A stretch of 64,000 nucleotides of DNA from the NCBI GenBank assembly GCA_973895155.1, contig OZ316896.1, positions 4,006,738 through 4,070,737 on the forward strand. Direction: 5' to 3'. The notes below the pieces were generated by a model, which was not told where the DNA came from, made no database searches, and saw nothing but the letters and a program-made list of their open reading frames with translations. A program made the translations under genes and the position numbers. This stretch comes from Marsupella aquatica (Eukaryota; Plantae; Marchantiophyta). Shown one piece after another: positions 1 to 12,281 of this stretch. Positions within the stretch are counted from its first letter, which is position 1. Every line of letters begins with the position of its first letter.

Positions 1-151
1 AAATAGTTCACACTTTCAAAAACTGAAATACTCTTCACGCTTAGAAAAATTCCGATTTCTAAATGTCACAATAGTAGCTCACAATGATTTTCGATTTCGC
101 CTGACCTCCAATTCGATCCCATCTGTACACTTGTTTCCGTTCTGCTGATAC

Positions 152-365
152 GAAGAGCTCTTTGAGACGTGACACTTTATTTAACACTTCATTTTATCTT
201 GAGTCGTGACACTCTATTCCTGACACTTCGAGCTTATCACCTGAATGGAAACATTCAACTGGAGGGATTGAATGAATGTCAGGACTCAAGAGCTCTTCTT
301 ATTACCCAGATAGAAACTTAAAAAGCGGAGCGATTGAATGAAGTGTCACGACTCAAGAGCTCTTC
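152..365. repeat. Inverted-repeat (hairpin/MITE-like) element built from four copies of the motif GAAGAGCTCTTGAGTCGTGACAC
   Basis: 152-178 gaagagctctttgagacgtgacacttt is nearly the reverse complement of 340-365 gaagtgtcacgactcaagagctcttc. Further copies at 197-213 (direct) and 277-298 (inverted). Confidence 0.7.
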
Positions 366-495
366 ACTCTCGAGGTTTCATTCTTCCTCAGTCACTTCTT
401 CTACATCAAACCTCGTATCGTCAATCTCTCCTCTGTCCATAATTGTCTTGAGATCCTCGTTGGCATCACGATTTCGCCTCATCTAGTAGCTCACA

Positions 496-1385
496 ATGAC
501 GAGTTGGGCACTACCCGGTTGTGTTGATCGTGCGGACGGGAGCTGTGTGTGTGAAGCTCATCATCTCGTCATCTGTCCTATTTGCTGTATGGACTTTGCC
601 TTCTTACGAGTGCCCGCCTGGAGGACGGGAAAGAAAAAGAAAGGAACGGAGGTACACGTAGGAAAGTGGAGAGTCTCTGGTTCGGATGATACCCCACCAG
701 GCAATCTGAAGCTGGAGCAGAAGCCAATCGATTTCAAGTCCTGCGCTTCAATCCTCCCAGTAAGGACGACACTCCAGAAAAGCTTTTCAGTCGAGGCACT
801 ACCAGGCAAGGCTGGCGATTCATCCGTCACTCTAACCAACGCCAGATTCTGGTGTATACTGACGGAGCCTGCTCCAACAATGGCAAGACTGGAGCGGTAG
901 GTGGCTGTGCTTTGGTCTTCAAGGGTGGTGTATCTCCTGATGAGATTAAAAGCGGGAGCGCCTCCTTTCGACTCGAGGACCGCGGTCCGACCGGAATTGT
1001 GTATCCACATACCAGCAATCGTGCTGAGCTGCGGGCTGTCATCGCTGCTCTCCAATTCAAGGAATGGAGCGATGAAGGTTACGATGAGCTGGTTATCGCC
1101 ACTGATTCGGAATATGTGGAAAAGGGCGCCACGGAATGGATTGCACGATGGGGGAAAAGCGGATGGCGAACAAGGGTAAATACAGAAGTTGCAAATTGGG
1201 ATTTGTGGGAGTTGCTCTTTAAGGAAATACAGAAGTGTAAGGAGTGCCCGTGGGGAACCCTTCGTGTGATGTTTTGGCGCATTCCTCGAGGTTTGAACAC
1301 TATAGCAGATCAGGCGGCTAAGGAAGCCGCAGCGACAGGAGAGCCGCGAGACTCATTCGCCCAAATCTGCGGGGTTCTGTGTTAG
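496..1385 (+). pseudogene. Fungal-type RNase HI-like gene with Cys/His-rich N-terminus, split by a frameshift (pseudogene or assembly indel)
   Basis: ORF 496 gives CEAHHLVICPICCMDFAF. A second frame open from 690 reads FNPPSKDDTPEKLF...RFIRHSNQRQILVYTDGACSNNG...TSNRAELRAVIAAL...VIATDSEYV...NWDLWE...FWRIPRGLNTIADQAAK, which holds the RNase HI catalytic D/E/D/D motifs. The frame change lies between about 610 and 740; the few GT-AG pairs I tested did not restore the frame. Confidence 0.8.
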
Positions 1386-1807
1386 GCTCTCGAAAAGTAG
1401 ATTTGCCAGGTAAGGTCGATGAAAGCTCTACTGAACTGAAGGATGTGTAGTTCGCTATAATGCCACCCTTTCTTGTGCTTCGTCGACACCTTCAAAGAAA
1501 AGAGTATGGATGATGTTAATACATCCTGCTGTGTGTTTGCTCTTTGTTAAACAATGTCTGGAGTAGACATGCAGATGAAATATATCAAATGTTAGGATCA
1601 TCATAGAACGCTCCCGCTGCAATGGTAAGTGAACGTGGGGTCACAGTTAGGAGAGAGTTCACTTTAATCGGACAATTTGTTTGTAGAATGCCGTTTTCCG
1701 CTGCATTTCAAAGCTTTCGTCGCAATCTCGAAGCAATATGATGGCCTCTGTGCGTAGCAACCAGCACTTCAAAAATCATTCAGTTGAGCCTTTTTCTGAA
1801 TCTGAGA

Positions 1808-1943
1808 TCTTCGGAATAGATAATATCAACTGCTTTGTGCAGGCACCAGCTTGGCACCAGCTTGGCACCAGCTTGGCACCTGGCGATCTTCAATCTTCGG
1901 AATACATGATATCAATTGGTTTGTGCTGGCACCAGCATGGCAC
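1808..1943. repeat. Short duplication with internal 11-bp GGCACCAGCTT tandem repeats
   Basis: tcttcggaata...tttgtgc.ggcaccagc occurs twice (about 87 bp apart); ggcaccagctt occurs 3 times at 1842-1874. Confidence 0.6.
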
Positions 1944-3110
1944 CTCGCACTTGGTCGCGGTGGAGAAAAATGTGCTGATTTTGGTTTTGTATCTCTCGCG
2001 ATTTTAATAACTGTTGTAAATACTGTACCGATTTTTAGTACTTCGTGAGGACTGGCCAGATAGGTCCTAGTAGATTAGATTCTAGAGAGTAATTTCATCT
2101 TTGTGGAGTGGAAGTAATGTGGTGAAATGGTTGAAGAGATGCAAGTAGGCTATCAGTACCAAAACAATCCAATCTAGTCTTTGATCTCTACATCATGATG
2201 CTGTATGTATCCTGTGATTACACGAGAAATAAACTTGCTTTGGCCAGTTGTAATGTCAATTTTTGAGATTCGCTAGTGCCGCGTTGGAAAATTCATGACA
2301 ACGATCATAAAACTGGATAGTATGCTAGACTTTTGCAAGTGTTTTTCTAGGTCTAATAGTTGTATGGCAAGTCTCAGCGTTAGTCACACTCTTCTACAGA
2401 AGAAGTGGTTGTATTAGATCCACTAGTAACTCCATCAGTTTCGTTGGATTCATTACGTTCATCACTCAATATTTAGGACGGAGCAGTGTGTAAATGATGA
2501 AACCACACAAGAACCATTTGTATAAGAGAACAACGCATCTAATGTTGTCGAATTCCGGATGACGAGACCTATGAATGAAGATCGACGAGGATATCAGGGT
2601 GTCCGTAATCTGTAACGTGAATATATTAATTGCGACGTTTGACGGAACTACTGAATATGATGAGCCCCATGAATAATAACGAGCACGGGTGTGTAACTGG
2701 TCCTGAAATTAGTTTACAGTGAGCACAGTGCGCAGAACTTCAACGCTTGATACAAAATCTAATTCATCATGGTTGGTTCTAAGTGAATAACAATCGGCCA
2801 ATCCAACACTGAGACGACTTATGTAACGATTATGTAACAGCATCAAAGATTCAGAGAGAATTAATGATGATCCTGCCTCCGTGTCCTTTCACTACTACGA
2901 TGCACTCTATAGCCCTCACTCAGACAACTTACCGTCCACTCCTTTTCGTCACTCTCGCAGTCTTACTCTCCCTCTTTTGCCTCGAACGATTGTTTTGGTC
3001 ACTCTCGCAGTCTCACACTCTTTTTACCTCCAATAATCGTTTTGGTCACTCTTCTCGTTGTAGCCACTGCACCTCGGCTGCAAGAATATATTGGCTTCAG
3101 CAATAACTGA

Positions 3111-3915
3111 ATGATGTCAACTGCGGTAGCAGCTGCGGTTCTGTGCACCATTTGCGACTCTACTGGCATGCTCGGTTTCTGTGCACCATTTGCGCCCAGT
3201 GTGGCAGTGTCCGTTACTGCTCGAAATGTGCCAGCGGATCGATTGGCCGACGCACAGCTCCTGTGCAGCTCCTTCGGCAACTTCCGCGTGCCTTCAGGAC
3301 CCGTGTTCCGAAGAGGAATCCTCTTCCCCGCCTGCGGGCACATCCCCACATTCATCTGGGTCAAAATTGAGAGAAGATGTAGTTACGAGCCAAAGCTCAG
3401 CGGACTCCTAGCTGGGACCTGGAGAACCCACAAGCCGTTGGCTTTATTGCCAAGAAAATACTTCGAATAATTGGAAGCTGGCGAATATTATTGTGGTAGC
3501 ACATTGTGATATTTTTCTGAACGACGGATCGCTTCCCAACCGGAGCATGAACAAACCCAAGAGGGGACAGCATGCACACAACACAGGTGGGGAGAACCTG
3601 CTGTCGCATTCTGAATCTAGGGCCTGGACTTATTGATCACTTGTTCGTATGGTCAAATGACTCTAGCCGATTTTCCTCATACCGTGATTACTTCGTGAGC
3701 TCCTACACGAGAGCTTGACCGGAGTGGGAAAGGTTTGATTACTTCGTGAACTCCTACAGGATAGGTTGACCGGAGTCGGAAAGGTGGATGAGCTGCGATG
3801 CCGACCAATTAAGCAATGTCAAGAGCGGACAAGTACATCCCGGTCGACGTGGAAGACTTTCATGAAGTTTTTAGGATGGAGGAGCCGATTGCAATTTCCA
3901 CACTAATAGGGCCTG
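3111..3915 (+). pseudogene. Degenerate MYND-type zinc-finger gene (fungal-like)
   Basis: Across three frames: CTICD...ARF..CAQCGSVRYCSK / CQRIDWPTH / LLCSSFGNFRVPSGPVFRRGILFPACGHIPTFIWVK, the MYND consensus CxxC..CxxCxxxxYCSxxCQxxDWxxHxxxC. A downstream fragment DKYIPVDVEDFHEVFRMEEPIAISTLIG lies at about 3827-3910. Multiple frameshifts and stops. Confidence 0.7.
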
Positions 3916-5545
3916 CTCCTAATTTTCGTGCAGAAATTTCCTCCACACCAAGGAAGGATCGATGACTCCACGGCCGACTACATCAATACGAGAGACGATA
4001 GCATGCGCAACAAAGGCTAAATTCATGGAGGTTGTCATGGACTACGAGTTAAACAGAGGGATCTGTCTTGAATGGACATGTACATTTGTTTGTCATTTAA
4101 GCAACTAAATCCTAGTCAATCTGGGGAGAAAGGAGGGGCAGCTGCTGCAAGGAAAGATTTCTCGGAGTATATTGAATTCAGTCAGCTGATGAGCACTCAT
4201 TGTACAACGTAACTTAGCTAAATATCGTCAACAGGAAGCTCAGCTGCTCATGATTGTAGGCAACTTATGTTTGTACTCACTATTAGATTGTTGCCTCGCG
4301 AACCATAACCGATGGACAGTCACTGTGGATTCATGTTCATCGTCCTGTGCTGATTCCATACTCTGAAGGACACTAAGCGTCATAATTTGAGACCTGGAAA
4401 TCAGTAACACATTTAGGATGTTTTGATGGATTGTACGTCACAGAACAAAAACGAAAATTTTCAAATCCCCAGTGTGTCGAATTCCGGCTGATTTATGTCA
4501 CTTTCCGTTCTGTTCTCAAGAGATGACTCTCGATCTCCCCTGTTTGCAATATTTCTTAAGGAGTAAGATTTCCACCATCTTTACGCTCTCGACAAATATC
4601 GTGAGTATCAGATTTATCCGACAAATTCACCAATTCTACTCTAGATCTTAATACAAAACAAGATCACTCCAATTCCTTTGCACTCCATCAAGGAATACTG
4701 CAACGAACGCGTGACTGGAGTCAATAGGCAAAACTGTGCACATACTTAGAGCTCTCAATAGGCAAAACTATACACATACTACAGTTGCTATAAGGTAGCT
4801 AAGAAGTCGACGAAATGGAGTAGACGTAAACTAGTTCCGCTGCACATGGCAGAATATCAAATCCTCTTCCGCGCGATGTTGTTTAAATCTCAACACTGAT
4901 TGAGCTCCGCACCTCTGCTATTGGACGGCCACTTCCTGACAAAACCTGCGGGCTCAGCGTCCTCACCTTTCAATGCGAGCTCATGCTCACTCGTTTGGAG
5001 TGACGTCTACCGTTGCAATCATTCATGCGCCGGTCTGACTTCACTCAAATATCTCAAGTTCTCTGAAGTGTGAATGCCACTACTGCTTGATGGGTTGCAA
5101 AGGATTAGGAAATTGGTTTCAAACCTTCAGGAACCGGGACATAGAGTCAGAACATCCGTCGAAACATGTGCGCGTAATTGGCAACCTGATGCACATAGTT
5201 GCAGAACGACACAGTAGTTATGAACAAATGCAAGACAGCATATACGAGTGAGTAACGAATCCACAGTCAGCTTTAATTCTCGAGAATAATTGAGAGAACA
5301 TTTCAAATTTATGACTTATTATCTCGATCTGCTCAGATATATAGTTAACTCTTACGGTGGGAGGTAACTGGCTGCATAAAGTTTAGTCCCAGACAGTTCT
5401 ACTGATTGAAGCTGCCTCGCACAAAAACATTCGCCGCCACTTTTGACGAACTCGGCACAATTGTCTCCAAGTAATCCGGATTACAAAACGTATACGAAGG
5501 AGGCTAAAAGATATCGTGGCAAAGACAAGGACAGCTTACGAATAC

Positions 5546-5998
5546 TCAATAGCCTGAGTCCTGGCTCGAGCACTCTTGCTCTTCCGAACTGGAGTAATAT
5601 CTGCCCTGACCACCATTTTGCACGCTCGCTTGCCTCTGGCGACGTCTCTTCCGACTGTTCTTCCTAAGATCCGTTTTGCTCTGAGCCATTCGTTTCTTTA
5701 AATTCGTAACTTCCTGCTGAAGTTTCTGATTTACCTTGCGGAGACCAGCCTGGGTCTGATGCGCTTGAGCATCCTGTTTCTTTAAATTGGACACTTCCTG
5801 CTGAAGCTTCTGATTTCTCTTGCGGAGATCAACCTGGCTCTGAGAAGTTTGTTTCTTCAGGCGTGCGATTTCCTTGTGCAGTTCGCCGTTCTTAGCAAGA
5901 TAATCTTCCTTCTGGTCCAGAACAGCAAAAAATCTTTCCATCGAAACCGTGCCCGTCGCGTGAACGCCAACATGATGCCCCCGCCCCTTGTCACCCAT
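5546..5998 (-). CDS. Hypothetical coiled-coil protein with internal 28-aa repeat
   Basis: 150-aa ATG-started ORF; DLRKRNQKLQQEVSNLKK / GLRKVNQKLQQEVTNLKK repeat (84-bp DNA duplication). No family recognised. Confidence 0.45.
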   Translation of the reverse strand: MGDKGRGHHVGVHATGTVSMERFFAVLDQKEDYLAKNGELHKEIARLKKQTSQSQVDLRKRNQKLQQEVSNLKKQDAQAHQTQAGLRKVNQKLQQEVTNLKKRMAQSKTDLRKNSRKRRRQRQASVQNGGQGRYYSSSEEQECSSQDSGY

Positions 5999-8900
5999 TC
6001 TATCAGAGCTGCTGTTTCACGCGTTCTCAGTCGTGGCCGAAGACCTAGTGCCAAATTAATGCAAGTGCAGGGAAAGCTTCTGCACACAGTAATACCGTCA
6101 ACGACAACACGAAATGGACAGTCGAAACCGGAGGTCAGATCCTAGAGCCAATGGACAGTCCAAACGGAAAATGGAAGGTCGAAATGGACTGTTGCATCTC
6201 GATCCCCATTATTTCACACGACTCAAATTTCTACATTAGAAAACCAACGGAACACTGGCCATCCAGCAGCTTGACATCAATTCTCAACAGTCTAGCGTGA
6301 CTCCCACCGTACCGAGGAATTTTCAAACAAGAGGGCGCCTGTAGTTGAAGACGCACCTACAGAGGGAAGACCAAGAATCTACTACGGCAAAGACTACCAC
6401 ACCGCATTCCGTTGAGAAAGGTCGACAATTTACTTTCCAAATTGAGAAACCAAAGCTCGAGAGGGAAGGAAAGGGAAAAACCAGCTGCTGGCCGCTCACC
6501 TTCTAGCCTACCGTCGCTACGAAGCGCCTATAGATCGTTTCATCTGCTCATGGAGCTTGCAGAAGGTGCTCTGGTACCGACGCCAGCTGAGAGAAAGTGT
6601 AGGGAAGTCCAATTCAAGCTTCAGGTGGATCGGTGGACTGTTCGTTCTGTAGACCGGACTCTACACTTGGCATTCGATAATTCAGTCAATTCAGATGAAA
6701 AATGTTTCATACAATCACCGTCTCTTCCAATCGACAAAATTTCGCATCTAGCGTGACCTCTCCAAATGGTGGGCGTGCCGAAGGAACGATCAATCCACTA
6801 CAGAAGCTCTCAATCGCCCATAATTCAATCTCAGAGGCTCACAGCTGCAGTGGTTGAAAATCTGTCACCTTCGTAATTATAGAAGAGCCGCTACTAGCGT
6901 GGTGCGCGAAGAGGCTTTGGGGCCCACACGACTAAATCAGGAACGGACTGGATTTGATTTCTCTGAAAATCCGCAGTTGAATTCTTAATCGACGGCCCGG
7001 ATTTTCATAGAAACTAACATCGAGTCCTTGCGCGACAGGTGTGGATTGTGAAATATTGAACCGCACAGCTGCACAACGCTCTGTCCTCAACACTATGAGC
7101 AATCTATGAGCAAATCTGATTACATTAGACTTGCACAGCAATTATATTATACTACCAATGCGGTTGCACAAAATATGTTAATGTGAAAAAAAACTCTGTG
7201 AAAGAAAATATACTAAAGTGAGAAAGAAAAGTCAAATGAAAAAAAAATGTCAAGAAAAAAAAAAATCAAGAGTGAGTGAAAGGTATGGCCATGAAATAAA
7301 GATATCAAGGTGAGAAAAAAATGACTAGATGAGAAAAAATTAAGACGTAAAGTTAAGAAAAGATGTTGAGGCAAGCAATGGATGTCAAGGAGAGAAAGAA
7401 CAGGAGAGGTGAGAAGAAATTGGGAAGTAAGCAATACTCAAAGTAACTAGTTGGGAGAAAGCGTTTTTGAGAGAAAATGTTTTCAAGGTGAAAATATTTC
7501 AAAATGAAAGTTTGTTGAAAAGAAAATGTTGTGGTTATGTGAAAATTGCGGGTTAATAGTAGATCAATTAGTTTTGTCAATCAAAACAATTACCAAGAAA
7601 AGAGTTGCTGATTATATGTTTGGACACTTTAGAGTTTTCCATAAATGAACAATGAATAAGGGGGTCATTTCATTTGGTGAACAGTAGGTTTACTCATTAC
7701 ACAGGGTGACTTTGCTTCCTGCAGAACTAAAAAATACACTAGAATATTTTACAGAGCAAAAACCAACCTCGGGAGTGGCAAAGCCTCAGTCACTCTCTTT
7801 TTGACTTGGCACCCAACAACATCGACCCAGGGCATCAATCCAGAAGCAGCAGCAAGGTGGCAGCAGCAACCATTTGCAGAGGCGCAACTTAAGCTTCTAT
7901 AGACCTAGGCAAATGAGTGTGATTAGCCCAGACCATTATTTAGGAAGGCCACTGCCAGCCTCATTGCCCGACCTGATTGTCAAAATAAATACCAGGCAGG
8001 AAAGGAACTGCGTTGACTACTGTAGGTGCCAGTTCACTGGCATGCCAATTACTCGCTGGGGCAAGGCAGGGGTAAGGTTCAAAATCTGTTGGAGTTGTTC
8101 TTCTTTTGACACAAATACCGCCCAAAAGTGGGGTTCACTTAGCAGATCTGACACTTCACACAATTGTGATCATACACTATCTGACATATAAACAAAATTT
8201 GATTGTTGGTTCTATTCAGTAGATTGGGTTTATTCAAAAAATTTGACACTTTTTACAAAATTGACAAAGTGGGTTCTATTCAGAACTTTGGGTTTTATTA
8301 AAGAGATTTGACACAAAAAAATAAATTGTGATCCTCCATTTTTTGACACAGAAAATGTGATAGTCCACTTCTTGCGGGGCTAATTAATGAGCTTCCATAA
8401 ACACTCAGGTTGAGACAAGGTTGAGACACTTACTTACTTGATGGACCCCATGAGTGATCTAGATTTTAGATAGACCTACATAATCCTACCCAAAACCTCA
8501 TAGGGTTGAATGGGGAGAAATGTTTGGTTGGGGGTACATCAAGGAAAATGTATCCGTCAGCACACAATTCCTGTGCTTACAAAATGTTTTGATATAAAGT
8601 ATCCTATGTCAACGAGCTGTAGTAATAACCGGGCTATTTGAGCCCGAACCTGTAATAAAAACATGGAGCTGCGCGACGTCGCCAAATCATGTCCTCGTTT
8701 GGCGCGAAAACACTCGTCATCGTGATCGGATAATGAGCTCGAAAATCTGCTGATTCAGCTGGCTGTGAAGCCTCCAGAGGACCAGAGCAATCTCTCTCCC
8801 GTTCCATGACTTCCATCATTCTCGTGCATTAATTATTACCCATCTGGGCATTCGATTCCGCTCACCTGTACAATCATTTCTCCGAAACGTCTAGAATTGT

Positions 8901-9805
8901 GCTTAATTTTGAGAATGCTTTCAAATTAAAATGTTCCCTCGATCAGAGATGCTTGTATCCCTCTCCCTCACTGTGAAGCGATCAGAAGGTTCGAAGGCTT
9001 CCCTCTCTTGAACCACTTTCCCTTGCATTTCAGGCTTCTGGCGCCGCTCCACTCCTCTTGAAATTTGTTTTTGATGAAGTGCGAGCGTTCTTTCCTAGCT
9101 TTCAACGTTGAAATTGATATTCTGTGCTTTCAGCTGACTATGGAGCCGCCACTCCGATCTCTCTCCCGTTCCATCATTCGTCGTCCATTAACTATTACCC
9201 ATCCGGGCATTCGATTCCGCTCACGTGTGCAATCATTTCTCCGAAACGTCTAGAATTGTGCTCAATTTTGAGAGTGCTTTCAAATATATTCCCTCGATCA
9301 GAGATGCTTGTGTCCCTCTCCCTCTAACTGAAGCGATCAGTAGGTTCGAAGGATTCTCTTCTTGAATCACTTTCCCTTGCATTTCAGCTTCGATCTGGCG
9401 CCGCTCCACTCTTGAATTCTGTTTCTGATGAAGTGCGAGCGTTCATTCCTAGCTTTCAACGTCGAAATCGATATTCTGTGCTTTCACGAACATACGATCC
9501 TCCCTTCTTGAATCCCCTGGCCTTCCCTTGCATTGTAGCTTTCGGTGCCGCTCCACCCTTCTTGAGTTTAGTTTTTGATAAGTGCGAGCGTACATTCCTA
9601 GCTTTCAACGTTGAAATTCATATTCTGCTTTCAGGAACGTAGTGTCCTCTTTGGCGGGCGGATTTGAATGTGAGCTTGGTGAAGGGGTCAGAAGTTCTTG
9701 TCTGAGACACCTCGTGTGACCGTGTCTGCTCGTCCTTCGCAGGCCTGAGCAACATTCCACCTCGAGCTTTTTTTCTCAAAGTGAACACACTCTGAGCGTC
9801 TGAAG

Positions 9806-10471
9806 ATGGCCGCCTCCGAAAACTACCTCGTCCGCATCACTCTCACTCGTGTCAAGTACCCTGTGATCACTCGCACCCTGTCCGTTCCCAAGAACACAAC
9901 ATTTCACAAGTTTCATGAAGCAATACAAATTGCCTTCGGTTGGGCCTGTTGTCACCTATACAAGTTCGAAGTGTTGGAGCCGCGGCCAGCAAGCAGGCAT
10001 CGGACGGACCGCAAGACCGTCATCTCCTTGGAGGAGAGCCCGGAGCTGAACGAGTGGACAGAGCCAGAACCAGAGAAAAGTACTATAGTGACGTTACAAC
10101 GAGTGTGGGAAGATCCTCAATATGCCAGCAAACCGATGGAGTACCTCTACGATTTCGGTGATAATTGGGAACATGCAATTGAGAAGATTGGGACATAAAG
10201 AGGGAATGGGAAGATCAAATGTGTTGCAGGTAAAGGGCATGGCCCTGCGGAGGACTGTGGAGGGATTAGGGGCTGGGAGAATCTCAAGGCTGTGCATAGG
10301 AAAGTGTTGCGTGCAAAGGATCGAGAAGCTGCAATCCAAAGGTTGAACGAGGATGACCAGGTTGTGATAAAATGGTTTCAGAAGCATTGCTCCAATGGTG
10401 ACAGTGCGGGGTTGGATCCCAATATGTGGAGCATGGACAATGTCAACGCTCACTTATCAAGTGTGCTGTGA
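9806..10471 (+). pseudogene. Plasmid pRiA4b ORF-3-like (MM3350-like) protein, copy 1, interrupted by an in-frame TAA at 10196-10198
   Basis: RTLSVPKNTTFHKFHEAIQIAFGWACCHLYKF ... YLYDFGDNWEH. After the stop (GAA in copy 2) the frame continues CVAGKGHGPAEDCGGIRGWENLK...CSNGDSAGLDPNMWSMDNVN to TGA at 10469-10471. Confidence 0.85.
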
Positions 10472-10483
10472 ACACTGTGAGTC

Positions 10484-10631
10484 ACTGTAAATTCAGGCGG
10501 GAGTCCAGTTTGGTTTCAGTAGTTTTTGTAGCGTACACAATTTCGGAGGCAAGTAGCCACTCTAAATTCAGGCGGGAGTCCAATTTGGTTTCAGTAGTTT
10601 TTGTAGCGTACACAATTCCGGAGGCAAGTAG
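10484..10631 (+). repeat. 74-bp tandem repeat x2 just 3' of the pRiA4b-like gene (also at about 14294-14441)
   Basis: cact.taaattcaggcgggagtcca.tttggtttcagtagtttttgtagcgtacacaatt.cggaggcaagtag appears twice. Confidence 0.85.
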
Positions 10632-10811
10632 AGCATACTGTTTATGCAACGTTGAAACAATGTGAACGGGAGGCCGCAACCAGCCGCATTCGAAAGCAAT
10701 CTTAGTCGTGTACTATTCTTGAGTAGGGTCATTTTCAAATTTGCGTTCAGGAGCTCCAAATCGCCGTTGTGAGTGAATCGCTGTTGTGAGTGTGGGAGTT
10801 CTGTTTTGAGT

Positions 10812-10978
10812 TCGAGACTTACGAATCGTGGCGTTTTGGGAAGTGTTTTCAAATTTACTCAACGTGGATATGTTGTCGTGTCGAGACTTACGAATCGTGG
10901 CGTTTTGGGGAGTGCTGTCAAATTTACTCAACATGGAAATGTTGTCGTGTCGAGACTTACGAATCGTGGCGTTCTGGG
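10812..10978 (+). repeat. About 69-bp tandem repeat, ~2.4 copies
   Basis: tcgagacttacgaatcgtggcgtt recurs at about 10812, 10881 and 10950; only one full copy in the second duplication unit (about 14603). Confidence 0.8.
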
Positions 10979-12281
10979 TTAATGTGCATCGAGGGAGAAG
11001 GTTTTGCAAGCTCCTCCTATCGTCGATTTCGTATGGTGAAGAGCGTCATTTCCACAAGGCATGAATTGTTACGTTTTTATTTCAAGATTTGCAATTTTTT
11101 TGTTTGGGTATTCGATAGTGCTGGTCAGGTTGTGGCAATAAGAGGTTCCTCGTTAACCCCTCGTAGAATACTTGGAAGCTGAGGTCATTCAGCGTTGGGA
11201 TAGAGCCGAGCAAAATGCTGACGTGCGTTCGAAACTCTTGCTGCACATCAAAATATGACATGTACTATGATCTACTATATGATTCATCTACTACGTCATT
11301 TCATATTATGATAAACTTTGTTATTTTGGTTTCATTCTATGATAAACCTTGTGATTTTGGTTTTCTATGATAAATTTTGTTATTTTCTTTAAATCAAGAG
11401 TACATCATTCCATACCATGATAAAACCTTGTTAGTTTCTCATTCCATACCATGATAAACGTTGTTAGTTTCTTTAAATAAGGAGTGCATCATTCCATTAC
11501 ATACCATGATAAACCTTTTTAGTTTCTTTAAATAAGGAGTGCATCATTCCATACGTTGATAAGCTTTGTTCTTTTTTTTAAATAAATGAGTGCACATGTA
11601 TAATTAAAATGTACGGCCAAGACATTACTTGATGGACCCCATGAGTGATTCAGATTTTTGACAGACCTTAAATCATCCTACCCATAACCTCACAGGGGTG
11701 TGGTATATGTGTGTGGGTGGGAGTTCTGGAACATATGTGTGGGTGGGAGTTCTGATTACTGGCCCCTGCCACTTTGTGTCCCTCAATTAATCACTTTGTG
11801 GCTCTGATTTAATACTCTCTCCCTCCTAATGTGATTCCCTGTGCCCCTCATGAAGATTGCTGTGGCCCTCCTGAACTATGCTACACTAAATGTATGTCAC
11901 TATTGGGGTGGGGAGAGGCTACAAAGTGTTCTTACTCATTTCATTTCAAGAACCAAAAAAACCTCATATGGTTAATGGGGTTAACTGGGCAGAAAATTTG
12001 GGTTGGGGTGGGTACACCAAGGAAAATGTATTAGTCCTTTGCTTTCGAAAATGTTAGTTGATAGGAAAAAAGTGTCATATGTGAACGAGCTGTAGTACTA
12101 ACCGGGCTATTTGAGCAAGAACCTGTAATGAAAACGTGGAGCTGCGCGATGGCGCCAAATCTTGTCCTCGTTTGCAGCGACAAACACTCGTCGTCGTGAT
12201 CGGATAATGAGCTCGAGACTCTGCTGATTCAGCTGACTGTGGAACGATATCTCGCCCGTTCCATCGTTCGTCTTCCGTTAA

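Noticed and set aside
7190-7530. Purine/A-rich tract with hydrophobic minus-strand ORFs
   Set aside because: Low-complexity sequence; the ORFs are compositional artefacts.
10484-10978. Repeat-spacer array next to the pRiA4b-like gene
   Set aside because: Only 2-3 near-identical whole-unit tandem copies with no variable spacers.
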